This document shows positions 15,993-25,059 of a DNA stretch of 64,000 bases, piece by piece; the first letter of the stretch is position 1, and each line of letters opens with the position of its first letter. A program made the position numbers and the translations under genes. The stretch is from an uncultured archaeon (GTDB lineage Archaea; Aenigmatarchaeota; Aenigmatarchaeia; PWEA01; JAGHBM01), in assembly GCA_964584335.1 (NCBI GenBank), contig CAZOZN010000001.1, positions 115,882 through 179,881 of the forward strand. Direction: 5' to 3'. The notes under the pieces are model-generated. The model worked only from the letters and a program-made list of their open reading frames with translations. It was not told the origin of the DNA and did no database searches.

Positions 15993-18088
15993 TAAGTCAC
16001 CAGCATGCTTACCATAGGTACGAACATGAAGTATGTGAATATTACACTAAGACTATATATGGTTAAACCTATTATTATAGTCCATCCCGCTGTGCTTCTT
16101 CTCTCTATCTTATCCCCCATACCGTTTTCTATACCTGCAACCAAGTAAGAAAGAAGATAACATATTTCCAGCATGTATATTCCTACAACAAGCTGAAATT
16201 CACCCAGGCTGATTATTTCAGACACGCTTCCCCAGTTGCTTATTAAAAGGTCTCCCATGCCACCCATTCCTGCTCCTGTTCCACCTTCCGATAAGTCAAG
16301 AGTTCCCATTGTCCTTCCTAGTGCATCGAATATAAGCATCATTATAGCGGTAAGTGTTACCGTAACCCCCGATATCAAAGGTGCTATAAACATTCCCAAC
16401 AATCTCATGCTTGATGAAGATTCGCTCATCATCTCGTTGAGCTGTTCCTCTATTCTGTGTATCTGTTTAACGTAGCGGGATATGGACATCGCGCTTATTG
16501 CGGCATTTTTTACTCCCTTTTTAGAAGAGTCTAGAATTATCTTCATTATGTTTATGACAAGCTTTGACGGGTATTCCCATATGGCTCCTTTTTCTTTGTC
16601 AAACAAAGCTGACTCAAGAGCCATGTTGCTTCTTCTTATGTTTATCAGAGCTTTGTTGAAAAGGTCTGATATTTTCAGTTCTCTGGATTTCTTTACTGTC
16701 TGTTCCATGGCTTTTTCAAATGGATTACCAAGAGCTAGACGGTTTCCCAGCTGGAAAAGAGCCTCGCCAAACTCATCCTGTATTTTTTTGATTTGATTTC
16801 TGATGTGTATTTTTTTGCCGCTGTCGATTATGAAGACAACAGCAAAGCCTATTCCAAGTCCCCAGAGAACAACTATAGAACCAACAAGATTGGAAAAGCT
16901 TATCGCTGAATTGTCCATGAACATGACAAACAAACCAATCGCTATCAGAGGTACTGATATAATAACTCCAATAGGCCATACGGGCATGTAGTACTCTTTT
17001 TTTGAGATAGTTATTTTTATTTTTCCAACCGGCGAATACTTTGGATGAAGTGATATGTCAGGAGTGCTATAACTTATAGGTCTTCTTGTGAGCACGTAAG
17101 AGCTTATTACATATATTAATGAAGGCAGAACTATGTCGTAACCTACTATTAGATATGACGGTTTTATTGTATCGCTCAGCATAAGCATCATTATCGGAAA
17201 CATTACCAGAACAAGTATTGGAAGTGTTATACCCAGAGAGAATATTACCATTATAGGCGTCCTCAGAGTCTCGGAGAAGTGTTTCATTTTTTCTTCGGTT
17301 CCTATCAAAATTATATTTATTGCTTCGTCTAGCATCTGATGTCTTTTTGATTCCGGCTGTTCAAGACTTGTGTTCATCAAGTGTATTGCTTCTATGAATT
17401 CTCTGTTTTCATACCATCTTTCCAGATATTCTTTCATGGCATCGTATATTGTCTCATATCTTCTCGTTTCCACGTCCCATATTATTTTTCTAAGGTCGTA
17501 TGCCATTGGACCGGAAAGATTTTTTGCTGCGAAGTTTATTGCTCCCTCCATCTGAGGGTTGGACCTCATGTATATGGCCATATATAATATAGCCAATATT
17601 ATTTCTTGTGAGGCCTGTATCCTGAATATATCCGCCTTTATTTCCGGATACTTTGCGAAAAAGAAAAATGCTCCGACAGATAAAGCCAAGAAAATCAACC
17701 CGTTCGATATCTGTAAGTAACCCAGTATTATCATTATCAAATCTACTAAAAGGAGGAAAATACCTACAATTATTGAGAATGAGAAAGCTCCTTTTGGTGT
17801 TATTCTAAGATGTGAAAAGTCTATAGCACGCTGAATTTTCTTTTTCATTTCCTTTTCAGGTTCCATGTTCAGAGCTTCTGACAAATTGCATAATTTTTCA
17901 TAAATAGACAATTTTTTCTCTATTTCTTCTTCCTTAAAGGTCCTGTATTCTTTGCTTGTTGTGTTGACATTCTTTTGCTCCCCGCTCCTTTCTCTTAATC
18001 TTTTAAATTCTGGATTAGTTTCTTTGAGTATATTTTTTATTTCTTCTAATCTTATCTCTTTTTCTGTTTTCTTGGGGGCTTTTGCCAT
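15992..18088 (-). CDS. Type IV pilus membrane platform protein (TadC/ArlJ, T2SS-F-like, two halves)
   Basis: Multi-TM with two cytoplasmic domains (MAIYMRSNPQMEGAI; EFGEALFQLGNRLALGNPFE); directly downstream of the secretion ATPase. Confidence 0.85.
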   Translation of the reverse strand: MAKAPKKTEKEIRLEEIKNILKETNPEFKRLRERSGEQKNVNTTSKEYRTFKEEEIEKKLSIYEKLCNLSEALNMEPEKEMKKKIQRAIDFSHLRITPKGAFSFSIIVGIFLLLVDLIMIILGYLQISNGLIFLALSVGAFFFFAKYPEIKADIFRIQASQEIILAILYMAIYMRSNPQMEGAINFAAKNLSGPMAYDLRKIIWDVETRRYETIYDAMKEYLERWYENREFIEAIHLMNTSLEQPESKRHQMLDEAINIILIGTEEKMKHFSETLRTPIMVIFSLGITLPILVLVMFPIMMLMLSDTIKPSYLIVGYDIVLPSLIYVISSYVLTRRPISYSTPDISLHPKYSPVGKIKITISKKEYYMPVWPIGVIISVPLIAIGLFVMFMDNSAISFSNLVGSIVVLWGLGIGFAVVFIIDSGKKIHIRNQIKKIQDEFGEALFQLGNRLALGNPFEKAMEQTVKKSRELKISDLFNKALINIRRSNMALESALFDKEKGAIWEYPSKLVINIMKIILDSSKKGVKNAAISAMSISRYVKQIHRIEEQLNEMMSESSSSMRLLGMFIAPLISGVTVTLTAIMMLIFDALGRTMGTLDLSEGGTGAGMGGMGDLLISNWGSVSEIISLGEFQLVVGIYMLEICYLLSYLVAGIENGMGDKIERRSTAGWTIIIGLTIYSLSVIFTYFMFVPMVSMLVT

Positions 18089-18119
18089 GATTTAATTATA
18101 ATGCCAGTTTTATAAATAA

Positions 18120-20375
18120 TTAGAATTTATTTTCTTTTATTTGGCTTTTTAACCATTCTCTCCAAGAAGAGTAAACTCTTTCCGAATCAATAAAACCTAC
18201 TTCGCTTTTTACCTTGTTGCATATTATGTTGAATTTTTCGTTTGACTTGACTACAAAAGGAGCTTCCATTATGTCTTTTTTTCCCGTTTTTAGAGCGACA
18301 TCTGTTATGGTGCTTTTTATTTTTGACCTTAGGTTTATGTTATCCCAAACGGCGGCCCAGTTGCCTGACCATTCTCTTACTCTCGATGCTATGTCGTTTA
18401 GAACTACACTTTCTCCATTCAAAAGGGTTGAAGTGGGTTTTAGTTCGTCGTCCTTTGCTGAATATTCCATTAGGTTTACAAAACCGTTTTCCGCGTCAGG
18501 GTTTTCATTCCAGTGTTTTCTTATTTCTGTAACAGCCACAACTCTTCTGAAGTGTCTGAGCCCGTCTGGAGAATGTAGCATGTTGCATATTATTATCAGG
18601 TCAGTAGCCTTGAATGATGTCGGGGGCACGCCCAAATCGTTTACTACCCTGTCAAATATTCCGTAAGCGCTTTCACCGTGTATGGTACCTGCGACCGTGT
18701 TTGCCAATGCACCTATTCTCATTGCTTCGTAAAGAGCCTTTGCTTCGGTTGACCTTACTTCACCCACTATAAGACACGAGTCACCCAGTCTTAAAGCAGT
18801 CCTTATTGCATCTTCTGCGGGCAGTTCCGTTTCAACCTGTGTTATAACCGAGCGTGATTTTAGCCTCTCTATATTAAAACCGAGTTTTTTCATTCTATCA
18901 ACGTTCAATTCCAGCGTATCTTCGACTGTTATTATTCTGCTTTTCTTCATTATCTCGAGCATGCTTGCGTTAAGCAAAGATGTTTTACCGGAGGACCTTG
19001 TCCCTCCTATAAGGAAAGTTCTTGAACCTTCTATTATGAATGACATGAAGCCGGCAAAGAGCGGGTTTAGGTATTTTATATTTGGCTGCAAGTAAAGAGG
19101 ATATGTCCATGGGTCGTCTCTGTGTCTTCTTATTGCGAATCCCAGACCTTCCGGTGACAGGCTTCTTGTTATCACCGCTATTCTTGCGCTGCCTCCCGGA
19201 ACAGTCGCTCTGGTGTCAAGCACAGGGTTAGCCTCATCCAATGGCCTGCCTGATATTATTCTGAATCTTGTTGCCCAATATTGGGCGTCTGCCTGGGTAT
19301 GTATAAGGTTTGTTTCACATTCTTCGAAATCGGCGTGTTTTAGGTATATTGGCACCTGTCCCGGAGGAGAGTTAATGTAAATATCCTGAACCTTTGAGTC
19401 TGCAAGAAGAACTTCTATTATTCCAAGACCTGATGTATATCTGACAAGTATCGAAGTCATCTCGTCAAGTTCGTTTCCTTTTATCCTCTTGCCCATCTGC
19501 TCTGCTATGTCATTTATCAGGTCTCTTCCTATGTTGTAAAATACATCCCTCATTTTCTCGGGTTCTGCAAATTCCGTTTCTTTTGGTTTGTGCTTAGAAA
19601 GGTATTTTATTGCAGCATCCAGTATCGTGTAGTTATCTTCCGAAAGCCTGAATTCCGGCGGAGTAATTTGGTAGTAGTACCTTACTGAATCCGGTTTTTT
19701 GTAAATCTCTACTCCTATTTTTCCCGGCAGTTCGTAACGGTCCACTATCTCGCTGCCTTTTTCTGGGACAGATATGTATTTTGTACGCATGAACTTGGGT
19801 CTTATTCTTGGATGAAAAATTTCCCTGTATACGGAACGGTCTCCTACGTGATGTTTTCCAAGCAGCGGCTTTGCCTTTTTTATTAAAGTAAGGTTTTCTA
19901 GAATTTCTTTAATCGGAAGAAGTATTTTTTCAAGGAATCTTGTGTGGCAGACTGCCTTTTCGTCGGGCAAGGAGTTTATTTTTATTCTCGAGTGTCTTAT
20001 CATTCTTTTTATGCTGACATAAGTTCCTACAGGATCCTTACGGAAATTGTTCAATATCAATGATTTTATTAGAGTTAGTTTTTGGCTTAATGTTCCTATA
20101 CATTCTCCTCCCACTTCGGCCGGGTCCAAGAGCCTTTTTTTCTTGACTATTTCTTTTATGGCTTCAGCAACCTCGACCAGCATTTTGGTTTGTTCGTAGT
20201 CATATTCGTATTCTCTTTCTTTTGAAAGAACTATGTTTTCTATGTATTTGTTTTCAAGCAACTTGTCTATAGTTCTTGACATGCAGTCTTCATAATCTTC
20301 TATACTCGAACCGTTTATACAACCAAGGCAGTTTACTTTCATTGTGTTTTTGTCAATTTCGTAATCACAAACCAT
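18120..20375 (-). CDS. Type IV pilus / type II-IV secretion ATPase (ArlI/TadA/VirB11 family)
   Basis: Walker A GGTRSSGKTS; Asp box TVEDTLEL; ALRLGD and Walker B LIVGEVR; His box GTIHG; Cys-containing N-terminal extension. Confidence 0.92.
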   Translation of the reverse strand: MVCDYEIDKNTMKVNCLGCINGSSIEDYEDCMSRTIDKLLENKYIENIVLSKEREYEYDYEQTKMLVEVAEAIKEIVKKKRLLDPAEVGGECIGTLSQKLTLIKSLILNNFRKDPVGTYVSIKRMIRHSRIKINSLPDEKAVCHTRFLEKILLPIKEILENLTLIKKAKPLLGKHHVGDRSVYREIFHPRIRPKFMRTKYISVPEKGSEIVDRYELPGKIGVEIYKKPDSVRYYYQITPPEFRLSEDNYTILDAAIKYLSKHKPKETEFAEPEKMRDVFYNIGRDLINDIAEQMGKRIKGNELDEMTSILVRYTSGLGIIEVLLADSKVQDIYINSPPGQVPIYLKHADFEECETNLIHTQADAQYWATRFRIISGRPLDEANPVLDTRATVPGGSARIAVITRSLSPEGLGFAIRRHRDDPWTYPLYLQPNIKYLNPLFAGFMSFIIEGSRTFLIGGTRSSGKTSLLNASMLEIMKKSRIITVEDTLELNVDRMKKLGFNIERLKSRSVITQVETELPAEDAIRTALRLGDSCLIVGEVRSTEAKALYEAMRIGALANTVAGTIHGESAYGIFDRVVNDLGVPPTSFKATDLIIICNMLHSPDGLRHFRRVVAVTEIRKHWNENPDAENGFVNLMEYSAKDDELKPTSTLLNGESVVLNDIASRVREWSGNWAAVWDNINLRSKIKSTITDVALKTGKKDIMEAPFVVKSNEKFNIICNKVKSEVGFIDSERVYSSWREWLKSQIKENKF

Positions 20376-20436
20376 ATTTAACCTATAAATAACGTAGTAT
20401 AAAAAAATGACTAGTTTACTGTGTTTTTTGTTTTTG

Positions 20437-20583
20437 TCACTGAGTTTTCTTTAAGAAATTCTTTATTTTTTTGAGGCTTACATTTTTAACTATTCTCCCT
20501 CTCTGGAAGAACATCCCATTACATATTGTCCCACTAACATCGTATATAGGGACAACAATCTCTTCTTTCTTTTTTATTTTCAT
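20437..20583 (-). CDS. 48-aa basic hypothetical protein (not in ORF track)
   Basis: MKIKKKEEIVVPIYDVSGTICNGMFFQRGRIVKNVSLKKIKNFLKKTQ*; strong SD GGGGTGA about 5 nt upstream. Confidence 0.55.
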   Translation of the reverse strand: MKIKKKEEIVVPIYDVSGTICNGMFFQRGRIVKNVSLKKIKNFLKKTQ

Positions 20584-20634
20584 ATCATCACCCCACACTA
20601 ATTTTAGTCTCTTTAATACTGTTCTCTTAAAAAA

Positions 20635-20689
20635 AGTCAGCTAAAGGCGTCATCCCTCTGCAGTCACTGGGAAATCGCTTTCATTACTG
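20635..20689 (-). ncRNA. Candidate box C/D sRNA
   Basis: Minus strand reads GTAATGA (C) AAGCGATTTCCCA GTGA (D') CTGCAGA GGGATGA (C') CGCCTTTAG CTGA (D), then a T-run; TATA-like TATTTAA ~30 nt upstream. Confidence 0.45.
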
Positions 20690-20986
20690 GTTACAATATT
20701 TCTATACTCGCGGAAGGTTAAATAGTTAACCCTAATAAGTAGTAACAAATTCGACAATTGTTAACTTTTTTTATATGCCTGATCGAAAGGCGGCTTATAA
20801 AGTTCTATTTTTGACCATAGATAAAGTGCTGTTTCGATTTCATTGCTTTCAAGAGCCTTGCAACCGCATCTCCAATCTTTAAAGAAATCCATCATATCAA
20901 TTATTATATTACCTGGATTATTATTTAATGTTTTGTTAAAATTAAATTTTAAATATAGAAGTTTTCTAGTATTAATTGGTGGTCAT

Positions 20987-21148
20987 GTGGCTGCAGGTAT
21001 AAATGGCTTTTTTTCAGACCCAATTTTTTCGGGTTTAGGAGGAATTCTTATAGGTTTTGTTATCGGTTTCGTAGTAGGTTTCTTAGTAGCATACTTCAAG
21101 TATTACTGGAAACACAGACATACTATAGCAACCTTTAGGAATAGATGA
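20987..21148 (+). CDS. Small single-TM hypothetical protein
   Basis: GTG 20987 follows GGTGGT; GGILIGFVIGFVVGFLVAYF helix. The track's longer start at 20843 looks unlikely. Confidence 0.55.
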   Translation: MAAGINGFFSDPIFSGLGGILIGFVIGFVVGFLVAYFKYYWKHRHTIATFRNR

Positions 21149-21157
21149 TATATTTTT

Positions 21158-21904
21158 TTAATCTTCTACTCTTGGCGCTAATACAAAACTCATAGAAACT
21201 TTATCGGGTTGTTTAAATTCAAGTTTCATTGGGAAGTCCCTGCCCATTTGTAGCGAGGCGATTTCCGATATTTTTCCCGCTTTCATCATCTTTTTGAGAT
21301 ACTCCAAGGCATAACGGCTTCTTACATTGTCTCCTGATATCTCTACAATTCCGTTATTATCGTCTATTTTAGATTCAACACTGCTTGAATCTCCTTCTGT
21401 TTTAATGAAGAGTTTTTTGTCCGAAGTCTCAAATATTACCGAATCACTTATTATGTCGGCATCGCTTATTCCTTCTTCCATCGTTTTTGTCTTCAGCTGC
21501 ATCTTTGTTGAAAAATCCAGCTGGTCTATTTCTGGTATTTCCCCCTTAGATATATCTAGTAGAGGTATGGAAAATTTTCTCAGACCGTCTCCTTCCATTT
21601 CTATTTTTAGCTTGCTTTTGTCTTTTTCTACTTCTAAAGTTATGTTGTCTGTTGATTTTGCTCTTCTCAAAATAAGCAATAAGTTTTCTATGTTAACGCC
21701 TATAGACATATCCTTTTCACATTTGTATTCTTTAAATGCATCTTTTTTTAGCTCGAATTTGACTACAGCTACCATTGCTCTATCAGTAGCTATAAGCGAT
21801 ATGCCTTCCTTATTTAGATTAAAAATACCTTCTCCTATAAGCTGAGAAATCGTATCTATGGAATCCCTTAAAAGAGAAATATCTGAAATTGTTGCTTTAA
21901 ACAT
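21158..21904 (-). CDS. pcn: DNA polymerase sliding clamp PCNA
   Basis: MFKAT..., LIATDRAMVAVV, SRYALEYLKKM, C-terminal FVLAPRVE; SD GGAGGTG. Confidence 0.96.
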   Translation of the reverse strand: MFKATISDISLLRDSIDTISQLIGEGIFNLNKEGISLIATDRAMVAVVKFELKKDAFKEYKCEKDMSIGVNIENLLLILRRAKSTDNITLEVEKDKSKLKIEMEGDGLRKFSIPLLDISKGEIPEIDQLDFSTKMQLKTKTMEEGISDADIISDSVIFETSDKKLFIKTEGDSSSVESKIDDNNGIVEISGDNVRSRYALEYLKKMMKAGKISEIASLQMGRDFPMKLEFKQPDKVSMSFVLAPRVED

Positions 21905-22015
21905 AACCACACCTCCCGTATAACTAAGTATAAATATTTTTTTTATTCTTTAAATAGGTTTGTTTTTTGATAAATAAAAGTTAATGCTTATTAATAGTTA
22001 TTTTAAAGATTATAT

Positions 22016-22438
22016 ATGGGTTTTGGGGTAAGTATTATTTTATTTTTGGTTTTTCTTTCCATTTTTGTATCTGGTATAAATCTTGCTTATGCAAGTAATG
22101 GGGCATTAGATGTCCCCGAAAGTGGAGAGGGAATAATTTTGATGATTTTACTTTTTGTTTTTTTAATTCTCGGGATGTTTGTTTTTAACCATTTTCATGA
22201 AAAGAAAATTAAGATAAATGATTTGAAAAAGAGACAACAAAAATATATAGACAAGGAAGTTGTTGTGGATGGTACCATAACTTCGTCAAAAAAACTTTCT
22301 AATAATGAAGTGGTGTATATCATAAAGGACTCTACCGGAAGCATAAAAGGATTTTCAAGACGTACGGGTTACAGTGGCAGGGGAATTATAAAAGGAACAT
22401 TGAGAAAGAAAAAAGACATGCTGTATTTGGAGTTTTAG
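22016..22438 (+). CDS. Membrane-anchored OB-fold-like protein
   Basis: Two N-terminal hydrophobic helices, then KEVVVDGTI...YIIKDSTGSI...IIKGTL (OB-fold pattern). Confidence 0.6.
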   Translation: MGFGVSIILFLVFLSIFVSGINLAYASNGALDVPESGEGIILMILLFVFLILGMFVFNHFHEKKIKINDLKKRQQKYIDKEVVVDGTITSSKKLSNNEVVYIIKDSTGSIKGFSRRTGYSGRGIIKGTLRKKKDMLYLEF

Positions 22439-22746
22439 TTTTTTTCTTTGATTTTTTTGTATAAATCGTAGTTAAATTTAGAAAAATTTTGTATGGATTC
22501 TCCATTTATTGAGTTTTCAGAAACTTTTGCTATTATCCTTACTTTATTTCCTTTTTCTACCTTTTTTAGTTTTTCTTCATCAAAAATTATATCTAAGTTT
22601 CCTGTTTCATCTTCAACAGAAATGCTGTCTTTTTCTTTTTTCAATACATTTCCTATAATACTTATTCTTATATCCTGTGGAAGTATTTCGGATATTTTTT
22701 TCTCTTCTGTCACGAATCTCCTAAAGTCATCAAATTTTTCCTGCAT
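22435..22746 (-). CDS. Small OB-fold protein, RPA14/RepA-like
   Basis: EKKISEILPQDIRISIIGNV...VEDETG...GNKVRIIAKV..FNYDLY; start ATG 22746. Confidence 0.7.
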   Translation of the reverse strand: MQEKFDDFRRFVTEEKKISEILPQDIRISIIGNVLKKEKDSISVEDETGNLDIIFDEEKLKKVEKGNKVRIIAKVSENSINGESIQNFSKFNYDLYKKIKEKN

Positions 22747-22792
22747 GAAATATAGTTTGTTTTTAAAAATATAAAAACAATATAAGAAAAAG

Positions 22793-23173
22793 TTATATGC
22801 TGCATGTTTCGGTTGTGCATGGCGGTTCCACAAACCAGTATTCATAAGCGACAAATGAAAGGTAAACTGTAAGTATTGTTGTAAAAACTCCTATTATTAT
22901 GAGGGTCCAGTCAAAGTTTCTTTTTTTATACAGAAATTTTCCTATCCTTGGCATTCCTTTCTTTGCAAACCATTCAGATGTTGCAATTCTCATTTTGTTA
23001 TCGAAGGAGACTGAACAATCTTTCCCCCTTATCTTATCGGAAAAACATCTCCAACCCTGCTTTATATAAATTCTGTAACGTGGTATGAATATGGATGCTA
23101 ATACGAAGTATGCGAGTAAAATAAGACAGGGAACGCAGAATATTACCATAAAATCACTATTTTTAAATCTCAT
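22793..23173 (-). CDS. Hypothetical membrane protein
   Basis: Two TM segments with Cys pairs; last gene of the iscS run. Confidence 0.6.
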   Translation of the reverse strand: MRFKNSDFMVIFCVPCLILLAYFVLASIFIPRYRIYIKQGWRCFSDKIRGKDCSVSFDNKMRIATSEWFAKKGMPRIGKFLYKKRNFDWTLIIIGVFTTILTVYLSFVAYEYWFVEPPCTTETCSI

Positions 23174-23181
23174 TAGATTTT

Positions 23182-23382
23182 TTATTCTTTTTCCAAGGAC
23201 TCGTTAAGTTCCTTGAGTAGATTATCCAGGTCTATTCCGTGTGATTTGGCTCCTTGCTCAAGAGTCTCCATCATGGCCATCATACACCCCAGGCAGCTTA
23301 AACCATGTTTCAATAGTATTTCTGCTGTATCTGGATATTTTTCTACTATTTCTCCTATTACCATATCTTTTGTTATTTTCAT
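23182..23382 (-). CDS. DUF1858 / hybrid-cluster-associated redox disulfide domain protein
   Basis: KITKDMVIGEIVEKYP...HGLSCLGCMMAMMETLEQGAKSHGID. Confidence 0.88.
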   Translation of the reverse strand: MKITKDMVIGEIVEKYPDTAEILLKHGLSCLGCMMAMMETLEQGAKSHGIDLDNLLKELNESLEKE

Positions 23383-23391
23383 TCTATCACC

Positions 23392-23838
23392 CTAATGTGT
23401 GTGTTCTAAAGCATTTAAAGTTTTTTTGTTCTTTTCGTGAGCTTCTTCAAGCTTTTTTGGTATTTCCATATTTTTTTTGCTAAGGTAATCGTATATTGCT
23501 TCCTGAAGAGCTTCTACTCCCAACAAGGAACAGTGCACCTTTACAGGCGGCAGGTCGCCGAGCTTCTTTAGTATTTTTTGGTTGTTTATTTCAAGCGCCT
23601 CTTCTATTTTTTTCCCTTTGGCCATTTCGCTGACCATCGAGGACACAGAAATTGCTGCTGCGCACCCGTAGGTTTCCCATTTTAGGTCTTCTATTATGTT
23701 TTCCTTGACTTTTATGTAAAAATAAAGCATATCACCGCAAACAGGGTTACCAACCTTACCGATACCGTCAGCATTTTCTATTTTTCCCTGATTTCTGGGA
23801 TTTTTGAAGTGGTCCATGACAATTTCACTGTAAACCAT
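23392..23838 (-). CDS. iscU: Fe-S cluster assembly scaffold IscU/NifU
   Basis: YSEIVMDHFKNPRN, GNPVCGD, YGCAAAI, LPPVKVHCS. Confidence 0.95.
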   Translation of the reverse strand: MVYSEIVMDHFKNPRNQGKIENADGIGKVGNPVCGDMLYFYIKVKENIIEDLKWETYGCAAAISVSSMVSEMAKGKKIEEALEINNQKILKKLGDLPPVKVHCSLLGVEALQEAIYDYLSKKNMEIPKKLEEAHEKNKKTLNALEHTH

Positions 23839-23842
23839 TTAA

Positions 23843-24985
23843 TCACCTTTTTAATGGAGAAATCTTTCTTAATCTCTCCACAACACCGGGCAAAACTTCA
23901 ATTAATTTATCAACTTCTTCTTCCTTGGTAAATCGCCCCATTGAAATTCTAAGGGAACCGTGAGCCTCTTCCGGCTTTAAGCCTATAGCAGTCAGCACAT
24001 GAGAAGGTTTTAGCGACTTAGACGAACATGCCGAACCCGTGCTTGCTTCTATACCTTTCTGGTCCAACAACAATATAAGCGATTCACCCTCTATAAACTT
24101 AAAACAGAAATGTACGTTGCCCGGCAGTCTTTCTTTCGGATGCCCGTTAAGCCAGGAATCGGGTATTTTTCCTATGTTTTCTATTATTTTTTCTCTAAAA
24201 TTGGATAGTTTTTTGGATTCTTTTTTCATTTCTTTCATTGCGAGCTCCAGAGCCTTCGCGTATCCAACTACTCCGGGAATGTTCTCTGTACCGGATCTCA
24301 TGCCTTTCTCATGACCTCCTCCGTGCAGTATGGGTTCTATTTCAGTCCCTTTCTTTATGTATATCATTCCAACTCCCTTTGGACCGTATAACTTATGTGA
24401 AGAAGATGAAAGCATATCTATATTTTTCATTTTTATCGGAACTTTTCCAACAGTCTGTACTGCGTCAGTGTGAAAGTAAATGTCTTCTTTTCTGCATATT
24501 TTTCCTATTTCGCTTATCGGTTCTAATGTACCTATCTCGTTGTTTCCGTGCATAACCGATACCAAGATAGTGTCTTCTCTTATTGCATCCTTAACGCTTT
24601 TTGGGCTTACAGTCCCGTATTTATCAACAGGCAGGTATGTGACTTTAAATCCTTGCTTTTCAAGCCATTCCGCCGGATGAAGAACCGCGTGATGTTCTAT
24701 CTTGCTTGTTATTATATGGCCTTCACCCCTTGCCAATGCCACACCCTTTAATGCCATGTTATCAGACTCAGTTCCGCCGGAAGTGAAAAATATTTCTTCC
24801 GGTTTTACGCCAAGAAGTTTGGCTACCTTTCTTCTGGAATCTTCCAAAACCCTTTCGGCATCCTGTCCTATAGAATAGAGAGTGGCTGAATTTCCAAAAT
24901 TTTCAGTAAAATAAGGTATCATCTTTTCCACTACTCTGGGGTCTGTTGGTGTTGTTGCAGCATAATCAAGGTATATTTTTTTCAT
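23843..24985 (-). CDS. iscS: Cysteine desulfurase IscS/NifS
   Basis: IYLDYAATTP, FTSGGTES, HTDAVQ, SSHKLYGPKG, STGSACSS. Confidence 0.96.
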   Translation of the reverse strand: MKKIYLDYAATTPTDPRVVEKMIPYFTENFGNSATLYSIGQDAERVLEDSRRKVAKLLGVKPEEIFFTSGGTESDNMALKGVALARGEGHIITSKIEHHAVLHPAEWLEKQGFKVTYLPVDKYGTVSPKSVKDAIREDTILVSVMHGNNEIGTLEPISEIGKICRKEDIYFHTDAVQTVGKVPIKMKNIDMLSSSSHKLYGPKGVGMIYIKKGTEIEPILHGGGHEKGMRSGTENIPGVVGYAKALELAMKEMKKESKKLSNFREKIIENIGKIPDSWLNGHPKERLPGNVHFCFKFIEGESLILLLDQKGIEASTGSACSSKSLKPSHVLTAIGLKPEEAHGSLRISMGRFTKEEEVDKLIEVLPGVVERLRKISPLKR

Positions 24986-25009
24986 AAAAACCACAGCTTA
25001 TTCTATTAG

Positions 25010-25024
25010 TATAACATTGTTATA
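25010..25024. promoter_or_regulatory. Perfect palindrome, candidate operator of the iscS-iscU operon
   Basis: TATAACA-T-TGTTATA next to a TATA-like TTTAAATA, in the divergent promoter region upstream of iscS. Confidence 0.45.
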
Positions 25025-25059
25025 TTTAAATATTTATTACGGCCACACGAACAATTAAT

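Noticed and set aside
15992-20375. Archaellum operon
   Set aside because: No arlH (KaiC-like), arlC/D/E or chemotaxis genes, and no recognisable archaellin sequence; better described as a type IV pilus-like system.
20635-20695. Fluoride riboswitch (GATGACGCCT resembles its 3' end)
   Set aside because: The 5' GGNGAUGG motif and proper pseudoknot pairing are missing and no fluoride-related gene follows; box C/D fits better.
20776-20792. GCCT-GATCGAA-AGGC hairpin
   Set aside because: Only a 4-bp stem with no supporting context.
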